DNA from: Styela clava
Taxonomy: Eukaryota
DNA: 64,000 nt
Direction of reading: 5' to 3'
Assembly (NCBI RefSeq): GCF_964204865.1
Contig: NC_135256.1
Location: 11,222,001-11,286,000 of the forward strand
Position numbers and translations under genes: made by a program. Of the stretch, positions 51,204 through 63,200 are shown piece by piece. The notes beneath the pieces were generated by a model. It was given only the letters and a program-made list of their open reading frames with translations, made no database searches and was not told the DNA's origin. Within the stretch, counting starts at the first letter, position 1. Each line of letters starts with the position of its first letter.

Positions 51204-51694
51204 AAATGGAATTAATTCTGCTGCTTCGTCAGTTATGAACATGTGTTGACAGCTCCCAAACTCTAATATTAATAAATAAATATTCAACATTATCCAAGGC
51301 ATATCATTATGCTCATATTCGTAACTTAGTTTGAAATTTAGCAGTTTTTTTTCCTGTTCGATTACTGTAATCAGAGAAATGTTTTTTCATTCAATTTACT
51401 TATGATGGCAGTCAAAATTCCAATGTCTTATAATCGATGCCTACCCGAATCTTTTTTTTATCTGTGTGATTCTTGCGAATTGTAAGTTTCTGAAGTTATA
51501 TTCTATCATTACTATTAATCGACTAAGGCTTGGCAGCGATGCATGTAATTTTTAAGATGAACAAGATTTTATGGATAATGGTTAGGGTTATGGTGGCAAA
51601 CATTTCTACGGATATCTTTACTTATTTGCTATATTAAATAATCGGGAAAATTATTTACTTATTCGAATTTATTTTTCAATTGTATCGCATATAT

Positions 51695-51948
51695 TGGTGG
51701 GCCAAATGTGGCCCACAAAGACAACTTGTGTGCCCCGTGGAGAAAAGCCACTTTTGAATGGTGTGCGGCCCGCGAAATGAGTTTCTAGTAATTCCAATTC
51801 CTTTAAGTTGCAATACTATAAAGCGATCAACGTATGTCACAAGATCAATAACAAAAATTTTGTGTCTGCAAGACTGCAACTACTAGATAGCCTACGTTAT
51901 CCAGTTATTTGATCTGGCCCTCATGTGTTTAAAGGATGCACACCCCTG
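51695..51948. mobile_element. Partial hAT (Charlie-like) MITE
   Basis: GGGCC/GGCCC subterminal motifs and a right end TGCACACCCCTG. No left TIR. Confidence 0.45.
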
Positions 51949-53220
51949 GCCTATCTAACTATCTATCTATCTTGGCCACATACCTAAATCTGCCATTCAT
52001 GCAACTACCATGTCCAAGACTATCAACCCATTGTCAAGTAGAATCATTTGCAAATTTGTAATGCTATTGATCTCTATAACTTAACTACCCTTTTTAATGT
52101 CTTGTAATGACTGCAAACTATCTTTATAAAATGACTTTGCCAGAATCCATCTGATCTAAGTTCAACTTCTCATTTGAGCTGTCAGAATTTTGAAACTTTC
52201 ATGCATTATGTAGCTACTTATATTTTATCCAGATATTCTTGATTTTTACATGATATGAGGTTCCAATCATATTATCATCACTTTATGCCTTTTCAACATC
52301 CTTAGGCTACATGATATAGTTAATTTGTAATTGATGATTATATGCTTTAATATAATATCACATTAAAAAATAGTGGAGCCTGATTTTATTCTGTAAGGGG
52401 GCGAAAAGCGGATAAAATGCCAGTTTAGGTTTTTGACCTATCTCGGTTCATGCATGGACTCTGATAGTGGACGAAGCCAACCCACTCCAGTGACGCATTC
52501 CTCTGTGCGACGTGAACTGATGTTTTATGTCGCTTATCATTATCACTAAAGTGACTTGGATATGCGCCGTGATGTGGGCTGATCCGCTTCTAGCATGCTA
52601 AATACTAACATAGTCAGGGATTTGAACAGCGTTTATTGTGGAGAGGTAAACTTAAAGGGAATTATTTAAATAGGAAATAAATGCAAATCGGTCAAAAGTG
52701 ACATGTGAATGATAGATACATCATCACACCTATAACAGTAGTATCATTGACAGCCTCTTATATAGCCAATGTTAGGTGATATATAATATTCATAAGCATG
52801 TAAAAGTCGCTAACAAAAGTTGAGCATTGCATTTTGTCCAACTAATGTCCAGTTCAGGAATTTTCAAATTCATTCCATTGGCAAAGCATGCTTAATAAAA
52901 ATCACAAGGATTATGTATTTCACCTTGGCAGTATTTTCACACTGTTGACAACATACTACCATTAGCCATGAATAATTTTGAAGTTCGCATAAAATTGACA
53001 AAATAAATATTCTGCATAAAGAAATATTCAACTTTTTCCCCTCCCAACTCCATAAGAAATATATGAATATGAGTTTTCGTGAAAATAAGACCGAAAATTA
53101 TTTCAGTCATACAGCAATTGTCCATCATAATGCGAGGACTTCCTTTTATATGCATTTGTTTGTGACAACGTGGTCATCAAATCCCTGGGCAATGTGCGTT
53201 TCCACAGGCTTCAAAACTTT

Positions 53221-53439
53221 CTATGACTGTTGTACAACGGCATAGGAGTTATAATCCATCAGTTCATCTATTTTCTTCTGTATTCTATCCATCATATCAG
53301 CAGCAATAAAAAGATGTGTTTCGTCAAGATCTTGGAGAATAAACTTTTTTCCGAATGAATTTGTATCATCGAGATGTAGAAGAAATTGCTTCATTGCTGG
53401 ATCACATTCCACTAATATTCCTTTTATTACATTTACCAT
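53221..53439 (-). CDS. GTF2H5: General transcription factor IIH subunit 5 (TFB5/TTDA); single coding exon
   Basis: 72 aa: [25 protein letters not shown]...[15 protein letters not shown]. Confidence 0.97.
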   Translation of the reverse strand: MVNVIKGILVECDPAMKQFLLHLDDTNSFGKKFILQDLDETHLFIAADMMDRIQKKIDELMDYNSYAVVQQS

Positions 53440-54146
53440 GTTTATTTAATAAGTGATTTTACTTTAATATCAATAAAAAATAAGTTAAAAACATGATATA
53501 GTACCAACAAAACAAACAATATATGTTGGTATAGCAACAAATTGACTGTGTAAGGAAAGTAATCAACCCATTTGCGATATTTACAGAGTTTGGGGGTTGT
53601 ATGATTTGAATGGGTATAATTAGGGTATTATCATGGAAATTTAGAGCTTTCAAATAAAAACTCTCAAACACATAAAATAAATCACTTTCGTAGTAATTCT
53701 ACATATTACGATGTTATCAATTCTTGCAACAAAAATTTCTTATAAAATGTTAATTTTACCCTCAATAAAAACAAATTATGCCAGAATCAGATGGCTGGCT
53801 GAATATTTTCTCAGATATTCAAGTTGTCAGTCAACAATAGTCATTTTGACCAGCCAAACATGCTTCAAATAAGATAGATAGATCATGAAAATTTGTTTTT
53901 CAAAAATCATGCGCAATTTTTTAGTTTCTAGCCAGTGACAAAGACTCCACCAAACTTGATGAATCTTAAGACATTCAACATTGTATCAACTTTTATGTTA
54001 GAAGTCAGGCATATCTGTCTGTACATGAAAAAAATTATTTCTTGATACAGTAATAAGGCCAAGGTATTGGCAGCAAAGTAAGTAAACAGATGCATGGATC
54101 TATCAAGTGTTTTTATGAGAGAGTTGGTACACTGGTGTGGCTTAAT

Positions 54147-54509
54147 TTATTTAGTCCAACTGACTTTAGGTATATCATAATGCTCAGATAATGAATCAAG
54201 GTGTCTATTAAACTCTTCTACTCTTTCTTTGTGTCCTTTTGAGGCTTTCTTCAATATACGGTCCATTTGTCTTTTCTCCTGCACTCGCTTAAATTTTTCT
54301 TCTGCCGGTGTCAATGTTTTGTACTTCGGAGCAGCTGGTCCTGAAGTTGGATCTTGGTACTGAATGGCCTTCACGTCAACTTTCTCCAGTTTCTTCTTTT
54401 TGTCTTTCTTCTTCTTTTTCTTTTTATGAACTTTACCAGAATCGCTTTTCAGCTTTAAAGGTTTTTTTGAAATAGTACTTACATCATAATCACTACTCTT
54501 ACTAGCCAT
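54147..54509 (-). CDS. FAM32A: FAM32A-family protein; single coding exon
   Basis: 120 aa with LKLK..poly-Lys, TPAE..F..VQEKRQ..RILKKASK.HKERVEEFNRHLDSLSEHYDIPKVSWTK. Confidence 0.96.
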   Translation of the reverse strand: MASKSSDYDVSTISKKPLKLKSDSGKVHKKKKKKKDKKKKLEKVDVKAIQYQDPTSGPAAPKYKTLTPAEEKFKRVQEKRQMDRILKKASKGHKERVEEFNRHLDSLSEHYDIPKVSWTK

Positions 54510-56811
54510 TTGTAACCCAATGGGTCGAAATAAGCAAGCTTAGACGATATAACTTACTGATATTGCCAAAAAACAGATAGGTAATTAATTAATTTATGCG
54601 TCTGACCGTACTAGTATTTATTTACGTTCTGATGAATTTGCCCTATAGCCCCACTGCGTGGCGAACTCATAAAAAAGTAACCACTATGGACGTTTCCTTT
54701 GACCCCTGAACTATTCTCCCTATACTTTACTGATTTTGAGAGTGTTGTGGGGAGTTTTGCTCACGTGTTCGAAACTATCATTTTTATTATAAATACTGAT
54801 AGCTAATTTTAGGATAGTCTGTCGCAGAGTTTGCGGTATCAATTTTTGATTATTGTACCGGCAACTAAACTAAAGGTCCCCGGAAGACATAAGCTCTTTG
54901 ATTCACAATTTTTTTTTGAGAACATAACTAAAAACTGACGAATACCACGCAAAACTACCAAAATGCAATGTTTACAACCGCGCTTGAATATCTGTCTGAG
55001 CGAAAAAAGACACGGCGGGAATCCATCGCCGCTTCCTCGATGGCCATTGCTCAAAAGTGTCTACAAGCCGTGTCAGGTCAGCCTTACCGATTCTGGAGAA
55101 AACCCCTTATCTTTCTATCTAATTTAGGTATAAATTGAACAAATCAGCTAGTCCGGTAATATGTGCTTTGTAAAGTGGAATAAATTAACAAGGTTCTCTG
55201 ATCATTTACGTTTACGGGATAACGACTGAAACACTGCAATGGTGATTATAAGTAATAACCCGTGGTGGATTAACTATTAAGCAAAATAAAAACGCGCCAA
55301 TGGCACCAAGGAAAAGGGGCATCACAGACATTTCCAAACACGTCCTGCAATAGAATCCCAAAGAATGCATTAATAAAAGAGAATAATAGCTTACTTTACA
55401 TTGATTAGCGTATATTTCATCAGAATCTGGAGAAATAATAGAAAGGTACATCGTACGCGCAATTTACTGCGTTTCATACCTTTACTGCCTGCGGTAGCAA
55501 CTTTTCTCAATCGAGGAGGTTATAAGCCTAAATTTACGGAGTTTTTGTCTTATTTCTGATGCATTTGATATCGTTTCAGTTTGTAAGAAGGAAAACGCCG
55601 CGAAAATTTTAAACCGAGATGTTTTATAAATTAAGAAACAGTAAACCAGAGATCAGAAGGTCAGTTGGAACAATAAACAGAAAGGATCAAATTGATAAAC
55701 CGTCTTCCAGTATTAGTATTCCTCAATTGACAGTCAGAAATTTGGTTTGCAGATTCACTTCTTTGAATTATCCCAGGCGTCTTGTCGCTATGATAAAATA
55801 TCTGAATCTGAATCTGATTGCATATTAACGCACGACCATGAATACACCTGCTTTGAATCAACTCAGTATGTTCAATGTAATTTTTTCAGGGCAGTCTCGT
55901 CGTGGGCTGCCAAGCGTGAAGTCGTTATTTAAGTAAGATTCTGATACACGCGATCCTCGTCTGTGGCGGTGGAGATCAACGGAAGGGCGAGTCAGTGGCG
56001 TAGCTACCAATTGGATCTTGTGGATAAATCCAGGGGCGGCATGTTGCTGGAGGGCGGCAAAAACGTTTTGAACGAAGCGGAAACACGTTTTAAATCAGTG
56101 GTTCCCAACCTTTTTTTGGCTCGCGACCCCCTTTGGTGGTTTACACCAGGGCTTCCCAAACTTTTGAGCTCGCGGCCCCTTTTAATATATTAAAATTTTT
56201 CGCGGCCCTTGTTCACGCTAATAATGCTAAACAGTTCAAAATATGCATTTTTGATATTTTATTGACACAGCTAATTCTCAACTTTTAATAGGGCTACTCA
56301 ATAACAAAATCATCCGTACTCAGATTATTCAATGTAATGGGTGCGAATGCTTCTTGCTGCATAGAAAGTTCAGACGTGGCGCAATGTTTGTTTATGCAGG
56401 CCTAATGATAAATTACGATGTCTGCCCACCGATGACCTGGTCCTAATCCGGAATTGTTCACTCTTATTGATCAAGCATAAAGCGGCACCAAATCATCACG
56501 GAAAAAACTAATGACGCACCTCCACTAAAAAAATATGCCGTCGCAAAATAAAACACAAGTTTGTCATCGTTGATATGTACTTTATGCCTTTTGAGGTTTA
56601 TAAACATGTAGGCCTAACTCTGCCTAGCTTTTCTTTAAAATGCTTAAAACTCACTCATGTTCGATAAGCTCGGTTCAGCAAATGAATAAACTGCGGCCAA
56701 CGAAATTGCAGCATTAGGGTTTACCTGCTACGTAACAACGTAACAGAAAGTAAATAATATAGAACGGTAAAATGAATTTGATTCATATACACATCATTTG
56801 CTTTAATAAGA

Positions 56812-57058
56812 AACAACAATAGAGCTATGCTCGAATATATGGACACGTAGCGCCACCCAGTGGCAATAATTTTGATGACGTCATAGCGAAAAAAATAGCC
56901 TTCTGGAGAAAAATTTTATTTTTAACCACTGAAAATATCAAAGCAATTGGTCCAGTATTTGAAGAGAAAAGCCATTTTTTAAAACTGGAGACGGAGACAA
57001 ATAACAATAACAATAAAATTTTGAAACGATCGTTATGGCCACTAAACGTGTCCAATAA
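56812..57058 (+). mobile_element. Helentron/DINE-like element nested in the 56147 hAT
   Basis: Subterminal inverted repeat TGGACACGT (56840-56848) / ACGTGTCCA (57046-57054). Head and internal blocks are shared with 9435 and 15201. Confidence 0.55.
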
Positions 57059-57220
57059 AACCTTTGGAATAAATATAATATGTAATATGTTTCGAGGCGC
57101 ACTGAGCAAATCGCTTTCCGGAACCACTAGCTTAGCGTTTAAAGCCGGCATTGTTATGCAAGCACGCAAATCGGGTCAAACGATCAGAATATGCATTGTT
57201 ATGCAAGCGCGATGATTTTA

Positions 57221-57913
57221 CCGTGTTTCCCCAAAATAAGTCCAAGCCTAAATTTTAAAAAATGATTTTAATTCAACCGCTCGCCTTGAAAAAAGACTTC
57301 GTCGATAGCGCAATTTGTTCACCTAATCCCGTGGAAGTTTCAATTCTGCGTCGCAAAATTTCGTGATGGTGTTATAATAAATAAGTTTAATTCTGAAAAT
57401 TCGGTTTTCTGTAGATAACGATTATTTTTCTTTGGTTAAAAAAGCGTTGCGCATCCCATCTCATCTCCTTTGCGATTTAGTATTTATATAAAGCAAGCTT
57501 TTCTACCATGGCCCAATAAATGTGCTTTCACTGACTGTTGTTGGGTTTTGTTTGTTCGTCTGTATAAAATTCATTGCAAAAAAGGTATTATATTGAAATG
57601 TATCAATATGTACGGTATGTTTCACGGGAAGTCGCAACTTGAGCATATTTCTGGAGGGCGTCACAATACAATGAAGTTCGAAAACCACTGAGTCCTAGTC
57701 GATAGAAAGAAATCTACTTTTTAAATGGTCAATAATCTATATGTAGCAGCTATTTTAATTGAAAACGTGCTATTAAATTGGTATCATATTATATATTTCG
57801 GTATTCATATTTTGTATATTAAAAAAAATTCGTTATTCTCTACAACCCCTGAAAATGAGCCCCAGTGTTCGGAAGAAAATTGAAGACAACGTCTTATTTC
57901 CGGGAAAACACGG
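57221..57913. mobile_element. Tc2/pogo-like MITE nested in the 56147 hAT
   Basis: TA|CCGTGTTTCCCCAAAATAAG...CTTATTTCCGGGAAAACACGG|TA: about 20-bp imperfect TIRs with a TA TSD. Confidence 0.85.
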
Positions 57914-59147
57914 TATGATGATGTATATTCACTTCACTCGGAATCGTGAAATTATCATTTTACACTATTTTTAATAATTGTATTTCAAATCAAGAGTGAA
58001 ATGAAAAAGTGCAATAGATATAGTACTTTGTGTAAAATTGGTGTTCTCTCTGAGGCCCCTAGAATTCGTTTCGCGGCCCCTTCCAGAGCCGCGGCCCCTA
58101 GTTTGGGAAGTCCTGGTTTACACATACCTCGCGACCCCCTGCCTCACTTTCTATACTTTAAATAAAATAAGCGGCAGAGTGAATATTGTGTAATTCAATT
58201 TTTAACAAGCTGGAGTTTTACTCAATGTGATGTCTGGCATTGAAACAGCGTAGCCAACTGCGTAATTCGTGCTTGAGTTTTTGACAAAGCTAATCATCCT
58301 CGACTTTCATTCGATTTCATGCCTTTGTTTTTATATGAAAAAGAGATGAAAAACCGCTTTCATATTTCATAACTTCATTTTCATATTGTTGCTTCTTCGC
58401 CATGGTAAATAAAATAAAATAACGGAATTACAACGTTACTGCAGGATGTATGATAATCTTCACGATAAAACAACATAAATACTACAATCCAACCCTGCAG
58501 TAAACCACTTGGTATCGAAATCCCGGCGCTCCACAGCATTGCTTCGAAGCCCGCGTGTTTACCGCATCGCGGTACGCGGAAATGCAGACGAGTTCGTGTG
58601 ACGTCACAATGGTTAACATGCCATAAACACCTCTCGGATCTCTCGACAGCTAGTGGAAATCCCTCGGAGGCAAACGAGAGTCAATTCCAGAATTCTTCGC
58701 GTTCTATTGGAAATATTTAACTTGGAGCTTTGTACTATTTTCTACTGTTTTGCGATCCCCCTATTATTCTATGTATTTGCGACGGGAGTATACTTCGTAC
58801 CAAGATGACGCACAACCTAGGTTGTGCGCAATCTTGTACACATACTTCGGGAGAACCAAACAAACAAACAGCCCGCACTAATAGAAAAATTTGCTCCCTG
58901 GAGCCTAAGCATCATCAGCCTGCGCAATCAGCAATGTTTCCGTGTGCAGTGAAAAATACAGAATTATTAGAAAAATCAGTGAAGCTGGCTGAAATCAGGC
59001 ATCAAAATAATAAACCAGCCAGCGCAATCGAAAAAAAAAGTGTATTATTAGTAATGAACACTTAAAAGTTTCTTTATTGTTATTTTTTAGATATAGGGCA
59101 CCAAAATCTGAAGTGCTTAGGAGCATGATCCGACGCTGCTTATAACC

Positions 59148-59561
59148 TAGAAACGAGATAGGGATCGGAGACCGCCGACTTATCGATCTTCCGCATGTTC
59201 AATGTTTTATTCAACAATTAGGGCATTGTTACGCACACCATCGTTCGCATCGACGAAAGTTAGGGATAAACTGCGGTTTCGATTCTTTTGCTCTGACTCA
59301 ACAGCGACACCGCGCGTCCCATCACTAATTAACTAATAACTCGCTAATTATACGATATAATTCATCCAAAATCAATAGGCTTCTGATCTGAGATATAGTG
59401 AATGCACATGCAAAATTTGGAGCAGATTCAACCCCGCTTTCGTGAGATATCGCGTGCATCTAACAGACAAATACCTATCAACATACTTACCGATCAAGAT
59501 CGATAAGTAACAAGCAAACAGACAAATACCTATCAACATACTTACCGATCGAGATCGATAA
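59148..59561 (+). mobile_element. Helentron/DINE-1-like element with a duplicated 3' end
   Basis: Perfect 12-bp subterminal inverted repeat ACTTATCGATCT (59178-59189) / AGATCGATAAGT (59497-59508). 3' hairpin CTTACCGATC-AA-GATCGATAAG. The 44-bp end is duplicated (59463-59506, 59518-59561) and also occurs at window position 1. Confidence 0.65.
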
Positions 59562-59902
59562 TAACGTTGGTTGAATATTGCCACTACTGCTGCAATGAGT
59601 TCTATAGCATATGAACACTCATTAATCGCTTATTTTAGTTCATCAGACATAAGGCTACGATTGGATTAGTTCAGATAAAGAACCAGACGCAAATCGGTTA
59701 TTTACAGCTGCTGAGGTTGTATCATCAGTTACAATCTATTCTGTACTCAGATATAGTAGCCACGTTTCGCACATTTTACTTTACAAATCATATATTTATA
59801 TATCATTCATCCGACATTATATCAATGTGGTATATATATATATATAGAAATAACAGTAGTGAGATAACAAGGTCCGATAAAACAGTTAATATCTTTGTAA
59901 AA

Positions 59903-60193
59903 CAGTGTTTCCCAAACGGGCAAGAATTCCTCCTCGGGATAGAATTTGTATTTTTCAGTGGAGGGATTTTACATTGTAGCCTACTTGTGCGTAGTAAAAG
60001 TTATTGTAATACATATGTGTGCACACATTGTATCCAAACTGTACAAAAGCCAGAGTGTGATTTGCATCACTAGCAAATGATCAATGAAGATTAAACAAAT
60101 ATGAAAAATTTATCATGCATAGATAGTGAGAGGAGAATGAAGAGTTTCAAAATAACCAAAAGGCGGAATGTATCAAAACACTAGGAACCCCTG
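59903..60193. mobile_element. Degenerate hAT (Charlie-like) MITE
   Basis: Imperfect ends CAGTGTTTCCCAA / TAGGAACCCCTG. No TSD. Confidence 0.4.
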
Positions 60194-60239
60194 ATATATT
60201 TTGAAATAAGGTAATCAATTTGCATACAGTAATTGCTAA

Positions 60240-63200
60240 TTATCCATAAAGAGAGAGTAAAACGGATACCATTACAAACGACAATGCTTTGGGAGAATTA
60301 ATATTTGATCTAGCACTTGACGTGGTAGATACCGGATTCGAGTTTGTTGATGACAGCGATGCGGTTGTCGTGGGCGGCGAACAATATTGGGGATCTTCTG
60401 CATTTAGATCATTTTTGCAATAATTTTCCAAATCCTCCAATTGAATCTCTGAAACGGACATGCCCGAAAATTCTTGTGGAGTTGCACAAACGGGCTGGTC
60501 AACTTCTGATATTAAATCATATTGAGGAGAAGTCATGTAATCGCGATATCCCACCATTCCACAACTGCAATCATATCTGAATGTTTAATTTCGTGTCACT
60601 TAAAAGTTAATCAGTCTTTTTATATTTGAATGAATAAAATAAAACATCGCAAGTGCGACAAGAACAAGATAGCTGCTTGTGGCTTAAAATGAAGATTATT
60701 CTGAAAGCCCGCATACCCAATTTCATGTATAGGCCTATATTTTAATTTTGACTCGGAAGTGTGTAAATCCGATTCGCTGTATACGTGACTTTTAAAATGT
60801 GTATGAAATTGATTTTTATGATTAAATGTGAAACCATTGCTGAACTTCATCTAACTATGCAAGTGTATTGTAATCGATACTCACGCTTTCCCACCAAGGT
60901 TCAATGTTACGGATTGTCCTTGCTGCATCAGATATACCCACGAACAAGACACGTATGTAAGATTATTGTAGCTTAGATCCAAATATTGCAGATTGGTATC
61001 TGCGAAGGCATCATCGGCGACTGCTGTAATTTCATTCTTGCTTAGATCTAACCAAGAAAGGCTTGTCAGTACTGAAAAGGCCCTGCTTCCTATTTCAGAA
61101 ATTTTTGACCCACTGAAATCAATTATGGATATATTATTCAGGGATGAATCTGCAAAATCGCTTTGAGTAAGTTTCCGTATATAGGAATGTTCGAGGTTTA
61201 ACGTTGTTAGCGAAGGTTTGTTCTGCAACGAATGCCTTGGAACGACTGACAAGAGTGAAAATCCTAAATCGAGTTCCACAAGATTATACAAATCGCTAAG
61301 AAACGAGTTATCATCAATATTTGCTAGCTCGGAATTCCTCATGTAAAAATGCTTCAGTTTCGGCAAAATGGGTGTCACCGGTTTTATAAACGATTTAATT
61401 GGATTTTCGTTTAGTATCAAAGTTGTCAATTGTGGCGATCTTCTTAAAGCTTCTTCGGGAAATTCTTGTAATCGTGTTGCAGTCATGTCGAGCAAATCCA
61501 GATTTACAAGCCCGGTCAATGAATTTATCGATAGCGTCACTATCTAAAAAATTAGAGAAAGGTTTTAGAAATTTGCTATGTGAACTCTAGTTAATTGTGG
61601 CTAACGAATTTGATATCACAATTTCAAAGCGTTTACTGCTTGCATCAATAATACTAAAAAAGCACCATGAAAAAAGTTCCTCAACATTTATGAGATGTTC
61701 TAGAAAGTAGATCACCAACACTCAATCAACACCGTTAACCAATGTTGGATTTATTTCAAGGCTAATAAAATGGCAGTAGTCTGCCTAAAGATTAGACGTA
61801 AACAAAATATTGAGTTACTCATGCTGATAAAAAATTATAGTTTAATAGTAAACATATTTTCTTCATGCTTTTTAAATAAACTTGCATTCTTACCATATTT
61901 TGGGAGAGATCCAAAGTTCTGAGATTTGCAGTTTTAGCAAAAGAAAAATCATCTATAATTAGCGGAAGTGCACTCAATCCCTGAAGATTTCGCAAAGAAA
62001 GTTGTTTTAAATTCGACAACGGAAAAGCATTTTCGTTTACTTGAGGAATACGTTGATCATCCAACCATAAATGTAGTAAAGAATTACTCAAATCAGCAAG
62101 GGCCGTGGTTGGAACCTAAAAAGATACATGTAGGATTTGTTACGATACATATTCGAGCACTGGCGTTGGTGCCTATTATTCCATCCCAATGTGCTGCGAG
62201 ATTTCAACATCTAACGTGATTTCCAGAATTCGCGTCGTCCATGTCAAATGGAATAGAATAATATGACGAACAGGAGCAATCGGTCTTATATAGATCACAA
62301 ATTCATTGCTTGTTAGTTTCAACTTTTGACATACCGTTACATTTTATAAAATTATACTCAAATTGTATGAGTCGTGCATGTACCCGTGAAAGAGATGTTT
62401 ATGAATAGACAGACGGGCATGAAACATCCAGTATGAGTACTGGCTGTTATATTATTAACATTCAGCAGCATATTACCCTACTCTGCCCTCCTCATCAAAC
62501 AGAATACTGTGGCAGAAAATTGTAATTGTGACTGGCATACCTTCGTGAGCCGATTAAAACTCAAATCAAGATGCGTGACAACTGGGAGATTGAAAAAGGC
62601 GTCATTTTCTATTTCAGATAGCAAATTGTGATCCAGCATTATTTGTTTAAGTCTCAACAAGCCGACAAAATCGTCCGACAATATTGTGGAAAGACGGTTG
62701 TTTGACAATATCAAGATTTCCGTTGAGTCAGGAATGCAAGACCTACAAACGAAAAAAAAAATTATAATAATATCTTTGGATCTTTCATCGAGACACTAAT
62801 CATATGACAAAAATAATATTATGGGGAAGTAAAAAGCTGAAAAAATTGGCTCTACAGTATTATGAGAACTTGCTCACTACTGCTACTTATATTTTCCAAT
62901 CATTGCTGTTTATCAACAAGTGCTCACGATATGAAAGAAAGATGGGCCATTGTATATATTCAATTTGTTTATAAAGTTGGGTCACAATTTTAAAAATTTA
63001 GATAATCAACGTATGTAAAAATATTGATATGCACTGAATGAAAAAGCAACGTTATAGCAACCTGGGTAGTGATCTCAAATTTTGACTTGAGCAATTGGTA
63101 ATATGAGCATTTTGGTCGAAAGTGCATTCTTGGTCACAATATTCTGGCAATTCCGTTGTTGTTAATGGGGCGGTAGATGACGAAACACACACAAGATCAG

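Larger units (their letters stand above)
56147..58115. mobile_element. Non-autonomous hAT element with a perfect 8-bp TSD
   Basis: TIRs CAGGGCTTCCCAAAC / GTTTGGGAAGTCCTG (14 of 15 match). TSD GTTTACAC at 56139-56146 and 58116-58123. CGCGGCCCC subterminal repeats. Confidence 0.92.
56096..58140. mobile_element. Outer hAT (Charlie-like) element interrupted by the 56147 insertion; right end not found
   Basis: Left TIR CAGTGGTTCCCAACC at 56096. CTCGCGACCCCCT occurs before the insertion and again after it (58128-58140). Confidence 0.6.

Noticed and set aside
60194-60220. ATATATTTTGAAATAAG|GTAAT resembling an ascidian spliced-leader exon plus donor
   Set aside because: Imperfect AT-rich match, single copy, no Sm-site-like downstream motif, and it lies in the LRR gene 3' region.
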